Notes: generated from the letters alone by a model not told the origin. DNA of 32,000 nt from Candidatus Brocadia sp. (GCA_021650915.1 CP091279.1:3690001-3722000), one strand, 5' to 3'. Shown: positions 7,540 through 14,511, counted from the stretch's first letter. Numbers and translations are program-made.

Positions 7540-8237
7540 TTGAAGAATACGTCCATTTTTATTCCGGCAATCTGAAACTGGAAGGAATTTTGACCTACGA
7601 TGAAGATGCACAGGCATCCCCCGCAATCCTGATATGCGCACCACACCCCAATCTGGGCGGTGACATGGACAACAATATCACTGCCAGCATCGCCCGGATA
7701 GCCGGAGACAGGGGATTTGCATCCCTTCGGTTTAACTATCGGGGTGTGGGAAAGAGTGAATTGCACACAGCAGATATAGCCCAAAGATTCCACTACTGGG
7801 ATCAATCCCTGAATGGCGGCGACTGCGACTACACGGATGCCGTCGCGGACACCCACGCAGCGCTTGCATTGCTCATTTCACAGCCTGGTATAACACAAGA
7901 TATTTTTATTGCGGGATATTCATTTGGCGCGTTTGCCGGAATGAGGGTGGTTGCGGAGAGTAAAAAGGCAAAGGCATTTGCCGGTATATCAATTCCCTTT
8001 GGCCGATACCCGCTGGATTTTTTTCATACCTGCACAATAAACAAATTATGCATCTATAGCGAGAACGATTTCTCGACGGACGCAGAAGACACCCTGAAGG
8101 GTTTTGAAGGCCTGTCTCCGCCAAAGACCCTGGAACTCATTGAACATAGCGACCATTTCTACCGGGGGCAGGAAGATTTCATTTCAAAAAAGGTTTGCAT
8201 CTTTTTTGCAGATCAGATGAAAGATCATGTGCGGTAG
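7536..8237 (+). CDS. Alpha/beta-fold hydrolase (COG2945-like)
   Basis: Motifs ILICAPHPNLGGDMDNN and RFNYRGVGKSE, plus the nucleophile elbow GYSFG. The start overlaps the cytochrome stop as ATGA. Confidence 0.75.
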   Translation: MIEEYVHFYSGNLKLEGILTYDEDAQASPAILICAPHPNLGGDMDNNITASIARIAGDRGFASLRFNYRGVGKSELHTADIAQRFHYWDQSLNGGDCDYTDAVADTHAALALLISQPGITQDIFIAGYSFGAFAGMRVVAESKKAKAFAGISIPFGRYPLDFFHTCTINKLCIYSENDFSTDAEDTLKGFEGLSPPKTLELIEHSDHFYRGQEDFISKKVCIFFADQMKDHVR

Positions 8238-8257
8238 TAGAGGCACGAGAATATTCA

Positions 8258-8869
8258 TCATCCGGCATCAGGTCGCTCTGTGCATGGTTTATCGCCAGGT
8301 CCCGGCAGCGGTGCTTTTGCTCCACCCTTCGTTTCACCATCGATAAGCGCTTCTATGCTGGGATAGGCATAGATCGTCGGTGCATTATGTATCATCAGGC
8401 CGCCGGTATCTGCGGAAGGGCCATAGGTGCTGTAAATTTCCCGTCCCAACATGCGCAACATCACGGTTAACTGCCCACGATGATGCGCTGAATGTGCGAT
8501 TCTTCTGGTCATGATCCAGGCCCTTGACCGCTTCGTGTCAAAGAATACCGATACCTTTTCCCACCATGCCTTATCTGTCTTCTGTAATGCGGTAAGTCGT
8601 TTCCCGGAATCCTCCGCATAACGTTTTATAAACTCCAAACGGGTTTCCTCTTTTGGTAAAGGCGGGGCGCCAACATCGATCTCCAGCATATTGCGAAACC
8701 AGAGATTTTCACTCACACACTGATGCACCATATGCTCCAGGGCATTTCTTCCACGCCTGTCGTGCAGGCGGGGACGCACACGCATATCTTCATCCTTAAA
8801 CATACTCCAAACGCCCAGCGTCTTCACCCGCTCGGTTTCATAGGTATCGACGAGAAATTGATATTCCAT
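8258..8869 (-). CDS. DinB-superfamily (DinB_2-like) metal-binding protein
   Basis: C-terminal AHSAHHRGQLTVMLRMLG and an upstream LEHMVHQCVSE His-rich helix pattern. The start is set at MEYQF (complement of 8867-8869), because 8901-8965 lies inside a family-1 repeat. Confidence 0.65.
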   Translation of the reverse strand: MEYQFLVDTYETERVKTLGVWSMFKDEDMRVRPRLHDRRGRNALEHMVHQCVSENLWFRNMLEIDVGAPPLPKEETRLEFIKRYAEDSGKRLTALQKTDKAWWEKVSVFFDTKRSRAWIMTRRIAHSAHHRGQLTVMLRMLGREIYSTYGPSADTGGLMIHNAPTIYAYPSIEALIDGETKGGAKAPLPGPGDKPCTERPDAG

Positions 8870-8900
8870 AGAAGCATCCTTTTCAAGAAAGTAAATATAA

Positions 8901-9052
8901 GGTAACCATTTGGTTTTTTGAAAAGGTAGGGGCGAAGCATTTGCCTGCTTGTGGTGTGAATACATTTATGCCAATTTATGGCAAATGCTTCGCCCCTACA
9001 CCGTGCGGAAACATCGTTATTATTGCCATTTTTCAAAAAACTAAAGTGTTAC
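8901..9052. repeat. Family-1 MITE-like hairpin element, long variant
   Basis: Outer ends are GGTAACCATTTGGTTTTTTGAAAAG and TTTTTCAAAAAACTAAAGTGTTAC. The inner arms are perfect 20-nt complements: GTAGGGGCGAAGCATTTGCC (8926-8945) and GGCAAATGCTTCGCCCCTAC (8980-8999). Confidence 0.9.
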
Positions 9053-9055
9053 AAA

Positions 9056-9262
9056 TCTTTTTTTTGCAAGTTTTTTCGTAACCCTATCTATCCCTTATCA
9101 GAAGGCGCCGTTTATTGATAAGAGAAGGATTGCTTCGCTGTCGCTCGCAATGACAACGTACCGCATGTCATCAAAGACATAGCCAGTGTCATTGCGAGGG
9201 TCTTGTCCGAAGCAATCTCCCGCTTTCACAAGGGGGAAGTGGTTGCGGCTGTGCCGCGCTAT
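9056..9262 (-). repeat. Composite repeat C, inverted copy (outer-right end truncated against the family-1 element)
   Basis: The reverse complement reads CATAGCGCGGCACAGCCGCAACC...GAAAGCGGGAGATTGCTTCGG...GTCATTGCGAGCGACAGCGAAGCAATC..., colinear with 3232-3452. It explains track ORF 9098..9427. Confidence 0.85.
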
Positions 9263-9281
9263 GCTATACTCAAGATGCTCG

Positions 9282-9382
9282 TAAAATGTGAATTTTAAAT
9301 TGATAATAAGGTGGCATGGACAAACTCTGTTTGTCCGTGTTGAACTCCTATAAATCACAAATTGTAAGCCTATGGAGTATAT
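9282..9382 (+). repeat. Module-A repeat (101 bp), copy 2
   Basis: 97 of 101 positions are identical to 2943-3043. The hairpin GGACAAAC-TCT-GTTTGTCC lies at 9318-9336. The copy sits just 3' of proB, in the opposite relative orientation. Confidence 0.9.
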
Positions 9383-9456
9383 AATCATGACCTCCCTTTG
9401 GGATGAAAGAGGCGCTATGTTGTTCACTCGTAGTGATTGTGAGCAGGGGTAAACGG

Positions 9457-10599
9457 TTATAAAATTACCATATTATTCCGGTGAATAACCTCGTCGTATG
9501 ATTTATACCCCAGAAGCTTAACGATATGAGAGGTGCTGCATCCCTTAATCCTTTCGATCTCTTTGGAAGAATAGTTTACCAGGCCGCGCGCAATAACGGT
9601 TCCGTTCTCCTTGCCGCAGATGGAGATGATGTCCCCTTTGTGAAACGTCCCTTCCACCGACACGACGCCTGAGGCAAGCAAACTCTTGCCCTTTTCCCTT
9701 AAGGCATGAATAGCTCCATCATCCACATAGATCTTTCCCTTTGGTTTTATGGTATAACCGATCCATCGTTTACGGCTCGTCATCTTCTCTTCTTTGGGGA
9801 GAAACAGGGTTCCGAGCGGTTTGCCTTGCACAATCTTTTTCAATACCCCCGTTGCCCTTCCGTTGGCAATAATTACGGCCTCTCCTGCATTTGTCACCAC
9901 GGATGCCGCCTCCAGCTTGGTCTGCATGCCGCCTATGCCCCTTTTGGTCTTGAAATCAAAGGCCAGTTGACGGATTTCATCCGAGACGTTTTCAACCAGG
10001 GGAATAACGGATGGCTTGCTTTTCCCGGCAGGAAACGCATCGTATAGCCCGTCAACGGAAGAGAGGATGATAAGCAACTCCGCATTCAGCAGATTCGTTA
10101 CCAGGGCTGAGAGTGCGTCATTATCGCCAAACTTGATTTCATCCACGGAAATCGTATCATTTTCATTGACCACGGGGATGGCCTTGAGCTGAAAGAGCGT
10201 ATGAATCGTATTGCAGGTATTTAAGTATCTCTGCCGGTCCTCAAAGTCTTCGCGGGTCAGCAGTATCTGGGCCGCATGGTATCCGTGCACCTTAAAGCAA
10301 TCGTCATACATGCTGATCAATTTGCTTTGCCCCACTGCAGCAACCGCCTGCAATTCAGGCAGTGTCGCAGGTCTTTTCTCAATGCCAAGCTCCCCCATCC
10401 CGGAACCAATGGCGCCCGAACTCACGACGACCACATGGTATCCCATCTTGTTTAATTCCACCGCCTGCCCGGCAAGGTTCCTGATCTGCTCTTTATCCAA
10501 ATAGCCGTCATCATTGGTCAGAACGCCGGTCCCTATCTTGACAACGATCTTTTTTACCCGCGACAGAATTTGCCTTCGAATGTCTTCCTTAGATTCCAT
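9457..10599 (-). CDS. proB: Glutamate 5-kinase with C-terminal PUA domain
   Basis: Motifs VVKIGTGVLT, VVVSSGAIGSG and KFGDNDALSA, plus a C-terminal PUA-like segment (GVVSVEGTFHKGDIISI). The start is set at MESKED (complement of 10597-10599). Confidence 0.9.
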   Translation of the reverse strand: MESKEDIRRQILSRVKKIVVKIGTGVLTNDDGYLDKEQIRNLAGQAVELNKMGYHVVVVSSGAIGSGMGELGIEKRPATLPELQAVAAVGQSKLISMYDDCFKVHGYHAAQILLTREDFEDRQRYLNTCNTIHTLFQLKAIPVVNENDTISVDEIKFGDNDALSALVTNLLNAELLIILSSVDGLYDAFPAGKSKPSVIPLVENVSDEIRQLAFDFKTKRGIGGMQTKLEAASVVTNAGEAVIIANGRATGVLKKIVQGKPLGTLFLPKEEKMTSRKRWIGYTIKPKGKIYVDDGAIHALREKGKSLLASGVVSVEGTFHKGDIISICGKENGTVIARGLVNYSSKEIERIKGCSTSHIVKLLGYKSYDEVIHRNNMVIL

Positions 10600-10692
10600 A
10601 GTTCTCTCTTTACCAGAATTTTCCCCTGGACTCGTCCATAAAATAATTATACCAGAATTCAATCTGAAATTCAGAAAAAGTCAAGAAATATT

Positions 10693-10727
10693 GTAACGCT
10701 TTAGTTTTTTGAAAAAGGAGGGGCGAA
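10693..10727. repeat. Family-1 element, truncated left end only
   Basis: GTAACGCTTTAGTTTTTTGAAAAAGGAGGGGCGAA matches the left TIR and the start of the core arm. The rest of the element is absent. Confidence 0.7.
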
Positions 10728-10944
10728 TTGATCGGGCGACTGGAAGGGCTGCACATTAAGACTGGATTTATCAAGGTGTATCGGTTAGAATACGCATCCA
10801 GGGATACCGTAATCGGTCAGATGAAAAAGGCGAATATTGATGACGGCCATGCATTTATTGTCTAAACGGAGATATACCATCGGTTCTGATAGCCAAACGG
10901 CGACTGTTTACCCTGCCGCACATGCAAATTTACCCCATCCATTG

Positions 10945-10994
10945 AGAACCTCCCTGAAAAATCACTCATTGAAGGTGTTTTTGGGGGAGGTTCT
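10945..10994. other. 10-bp inverted repeat in the putative CRISPR leader
   Basis: AGAACCTCCC (10945-10954) and GGGAGGTTCT (10985-10994) are perfect complements separated by 30 nt. The structure ends 50 nt before the first CRISPR repeat. Its function is unknown. Confidence 0.4.
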
Positions 10995-11044
10995 AAATAT
11001 TGTCAATGTAACATATCAGCAAATAAAGACTTGTAAAGTGAAGA

Positions 11045-11820
11045 GTCTGAAAGGACATTCCTGCCGGTAGGAACTGAAACATATGCGACGCGTGCTGGTA
11101 GTACGCGCCGTGTCTGAAAGGACATTCCTGCCGGTAGGAACTGAAACTATTTTCTTTTCCATTTCCGTCTCCTCCGCTTAGTCTGAAAGGACATTCCTGC
11201 CGGTAGGAACTGAAACTTACTTCGCGTGGAAGATTTCCAGGATGCGGGTCTGAAAGGACATTCCTGCCGGTAGGAACTGAAACAAGGCGTGCTCCCACGC
11301 GACGGCGGCACTGGGTCTGAAAGGACATTCCTGCCGGTAGGAACTGAAACTTATTTTGGTCTTGCGCCGCAACACAAGTATGTCTGAAAGGACATTCCTG
11401 CCGGTAGGAACTGAAACCCAGATTTGCGCCGATGTCGCCTACCATTGCTGTCTGAAAGGACATTCCTGCCGGTAGGAACTGAAACATTGATACTGGGAGG
11501 CTCGAAACCAGCCTTTTAGTCTGAAAGGACATTCCTGCCGGTAGGAACTGAAACCTTTTTCATGATCTGAGCGTCGTGGGCCCTTGTCTGAAAGGACATT
11601 CCTGCCGGTAGGAACTGAAACAGTTCTCATCTTTCTCCTCCTTCCCGCCTTCGTCTGAAAGGACATTCCTGCCGGTAGGAACTGAAACTAGCCGAGCCGG
11701 CCTTCTTCTGCTGCCTTGTCTGAAAGGACATTCCTGCCGGTAGGAACTGAAACAGACGTAAAAAAAACCTCAGCCTTCTCGACGAGTCTGAAAGGACATT
11801 CCTGCCGGTAGGAACTGAAA
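11045..11820 (+). CRISPR. CRISPR array, 12 identical 36-nt repeats and 11 spacers (29-33 nt)
   Basis: The repeat GTCTGAAAGGACATTCCTGCCGGTAGGAACTGAAAC starts at 11045, 11112, 11181, 11248, 11315, 11382, 11450, 11519, 11586, 11653, 11718 and 11785. All copies are identical when read by hand, and all spacers are unique. The plus orientation is inferred from the 3' end ACTGAAAC, which resembles the ATTGAAA(C/G) tag, and from the small hairpin TTCCT-GCCGGT-AGGAA just 5' of it. Confidence 0.95.
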
Positions 11821-12125
11821 CCGTAAGGAGAGGAGAAGGACGAGGGACGAAAGACGAGAGAGGAGAGAGGAGGGGACATTTCGGGCGGGCGGGAAAATCC
11901 CGAAGGGATGATATGATTATAGGAAAAAATGCACCACGATATTCATCCCCGCAGGAGTGAAATATCGGTAAAAGAACGATACCATGCCACCTTGTTTATC
12001 ATTATCAGTTTCAATATTTACCGATCGTGAACCCTTTTGCGTGTAACGTGCAGGATTCTGTGTTAAGATAGTAAGATATGAGATAAATTCTGGAAGGTTC
12101 GTTTACCCGTTGGCAAGCCAAAAAC

Positions 12126-13250
12126 ATGCAAAACAGGACATTCCATATCTTCCTATTTCTGTGCATTGCGGCCATTGGTGGTTACGCAACCATTGCGCAG
12201 GTGCTGCTGATCCGTGAATTCCTGAACGTCTTTATGGCAACGCACTCTGTCTGGGTATCGTATTTGGCGCATGGTTTCTGGGTATTGCCGCAGGCGCCGT
12301 TACGGGCGCAAAGATTGAGCGGACGTTTCACCGCGCCTTCACTGTTTTTACCGTCACGTTGTTCGTTCTCTGCTTTCTGCAGCCCGTGCAAATCTTTTTT
12401 ATACGCGGGGTGCGGGGTGTTTTGCGTGTTGGGACTGGTGAGTATCTTTCCCTGATACCCCTGCTCCTTACCGCGTTTGGAGTAATCGTCCCATTTAGTT
12501 TTATCATCGGTTTTATCTTCCCGTTTTCGTCAAAGGCGGTGAGAATCGCCTCCACTGACCACGATGGCGACGGCCATGCCCCTGCTTCAGAGCGGAAATT
12601 GCAGAATTCGGATTCCTTATCCAATCCGCAATGCTCAATCCGAAATCAAAAATCAGAGATCCAAGATGGAGATACCCGTGATGCCGCGGTGGATATCGGA
12701 GCGGTTTACGTCGTTGAATCCATAGGAAGTCTTGTCGGGGGGCTGGTATTCTCATTTTTCATGGCATCGAGATTCCACCCGTTTACAATCATGACGCTTT
12801 TGAATGCAGGGATGTTTGCCCTTTTGACCGCTCTCCTGCTCCTGCTGGATCACCATGCTGATGATCTTTGAAGGGGTTATTGGATGCTATGCCCTTGTTC
12901 TGCCGTTTTTAATTCATATATTGTCTTCTTATTCCTTCGCGGCAGAAACCGGCTTAACCTGTTTGATTGGTATCGCAGGGATATTGACGGGCGTAGAGTT
13001 TCCCCTGGTCAATAAGATACTCACGGAACATCATCAGGATATTGCGATATCTGCCGGGGCTACAAACAGCGCCGATCACATCGGCGCCTTTCTGGGAGCA
13101 ATATTGACCGGGGTAATCTGTATCCCGCTTTTTGGCATCTCCGGCACGCGCCTGATCCTGGCGGCGCTCAATATAGCGAGTCTCATCCTAATCGCCTTTT
13201 CCATCGTATATCCTGGCCGTAGCAAAGCCGCAACCAATTCTCCGTTGTGA
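12126..13250 (+). pseudogene. Polytopic membrane protein resembling the N-terminal membrane domain of fused spermidine-synthase-like proteins; reading frame broken twice
   Basis: Three overlapping track ORFs (12126..12455, 12359..12871, 12855..13250) sit in frames 0, 2 and 0. The sense continues across 12231-12235 only with a -1 shift (LLIREFLNVF / YGNALCLGIVFGAWFLGIAAGA). It returns to frame 0 somewhere in 12828-12871. Motifs IGAVYVVESIGSLVGG and NSADHIGAFLGAILTG resemble the Y-x-x-(N/D)-x-x-G-A TM pattern of that family. No catalytic domain follows. Confidence 0.45.
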
Positions 13251-13449
13251 GAAAGCGGGAGATTGCTTCGGACAAGACCCTCGCAATGACACTGGCTATG
13301 TCCCTGATGACATAACGCAGCACAGCCGTAACCAAAAAAGTTCAACCACAAAGATTACAAAAAAAAGGAAGTTTTTGCAGAGTAATACTATACGGTATGT
13401 TGTCGAAGCGAGGCAGTTCTTCTCTTATAAATAAACGGCGCCTTCTGAT
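13251..13449 (+). repeat. Repeat C, rearranged copy: inner hairpin element split by an inserted outer element
   Basis: The inner-left half (13251-13313) and a degenerate inner-right half (13393-13449) flank AACGCAGCACAGCCGTAACC...AGTAATACTATA (13314-13392). That inserted sequence corresponds to the two ends of the outer element with no inner part. Confidence 0.75.
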
Positions 13450-13496
13450 CGCGGGCAAGGGACTTTGATTGCCCACAAGAGCTTCCCGTTAGCAGT

Positions 13497-14243
13497 TTAA
13501 TCCTTGGAGCGTATAAATAAGTCGTGGAGTTTCTGGCATATCTCCTTGACGACGGTGTTGTTGCAGAGAGAGAGAGCCCACGGAATTTCTTCTCCTTCAA
13601 AGGGTTCCGTGAATCCCGGCATTGCCTCGTCGGCAAAACAATGTACTTTGTTATGCCGTATTGACAAGGTTTGGATACGCTCTTCCCTGCTGGGGAGCAT
13701 TTCTACAGGGATGATGCCGTTCCACTCCTTTGAAAAACCTTCAACGATAAAAAGCCTGCCGCGCTTATCAAACAATTGGTACCACACGTGAGCAAAGGAG
13801 ATCGACTCATCTTTGTTTATCACCCAACCCCATACAATATCCCCGTCGATATTTAATTCGGATAGTTCGGAAAAGAACAGGAATACAGAGTCTTCGCAAT
13901 CGCCCTTTTTCCTTTGCCTCGTTTCTGTGGGTGTCTGCCAGTAATCTGTCTTTGGCGGTTCAGACCGGTAGTCAATATCAAAGGCTATTTTTTTATATGC
14001 CTCGTAAATGTGCTCGCCGTCATGGAAGGTCTCAGTACACCATTTTTTATACTTTGGGTTATCAGGAATACCGGCTCCGGGAGGAGCGGAAGGTATGAGA
14101 GGCGTTATTGACAAACTGTCCTCACATGGCTTGTAGCCCTTTCCCGTAAGAAACAGGTCGGCATACGAAACATCAGCAAATACCGCGGAACAATACAGAG
14201 TTGATAAACCAAGATAAATTATGGCTGCAAAGAAGTATCTCAT
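13497..14243 (-). CDS. Secreted transglutaminase-like cysteine peptidase family protein
   Basis: Signal peptide MRYFFAAIIYLGLSTLYCSAVFA. KGDCEDSVFLFFSEL matches the G-D-C-E-D nucleophile motif of periplasmic transglutaminase-like cysteine proteinases. A downstream FAHVWYQL (His) and an Asp follow. Confidence 0.5.
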   Translation of the reverse strand: MRYFFAAIIYLGLSTLYCSAVFADVSYADLFLTGKGYKPCEDSLSITPLIPSAPPGAGIPDNPKYKKWCTETFHDGEHIYEAYKKIAFDIDYRSEPPKTDYWQTPTETRQRKKGDCEDSVFLFFSELSELNIDGDIVWGWVINKDESISFAHVWYQLFDKRGRLFIVEGFSKEWNGIIPVEMLPSREERIQTLSIRHNKVHCFADEAMPGFTEPFEGEEIPWALSLCNNTVVKEICQKLHDLFIRSKD

Positions 14244-14303
14244 AGGTAATGATTATCCGGACCAGAAGATCAGCTATTATAACGCTCCGGCAAAATGGAA
14301 ACA

Positions 14304-14388
14304 GATTGCTCGCAATGACAACGCACGGTATGGCATCAAAGACATAGCCACTGTCATTGCGAGGGTCTTGTCCGAAGCAATCTCCCGC
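14304..14388 (-). repeat. Inner hairpin element of repeat C, solo copy with internal deletion
   Basis: GATTGCTCGCAATGACAACG...CACTGTCATTGCGAGGGTCTTGTCCGAAGCAATCTCCCGC is colinear with 9128-9235. It lacks the outer-element ends. Confidence 0.8.
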
Positions 14389-14511
14389 ATGAATAATTGA
14401 CGATATTGAATGAAACGGTATACTTTACAGCAACGAAACCTTTCTTGCCTCTATGGAAGATCTCAGATGGTTCGGGTGACCCGCCTGGAGCGGATCACCC
14501 GAATGAAACCC

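Noticed and set aside
3492-8237. A Rieske iron-sulfur subunit within or next to the cytochrome b operon
   Set aside because: No ORF on either strand shows the CxH...CxxH [2Fe-2S] boxes. The antisense ORFs in this region (for example 4033..4467, 5810..6256, 7440..7856) lack any recognisable motifs and overlap well-supported genes.
8870-8965. Upstream extension of the DinB-like ORF (MYSHHKQANASPLPFQKTKW...)
   Set aside because: It runs into the family-1 repeat at 8901-9052. The internal Met (MEYQF) gives a protein of normal DinB length.
10993-11879. Three minus-strand track ORFs (10993..11532, 11439..11666, 11688..11879) with the recurring peptide FSSYRQECPFR
   Set aside because: They are translations of the CRISPR repeats (the repeated peptide is the repeat read in one frame) and of the pyrimidine-rich trailer. 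They are not genes.
12590-12670. Short direct and inverted repeats (CGGATT...AATCCG, AATCCGCAATG/AATCCGAAATC) inside the membrane-protein loop region
   Set aside because: The matches are 6-7 bp in a low-complexity segment, which is within chance expectation. No larger structure emerges.
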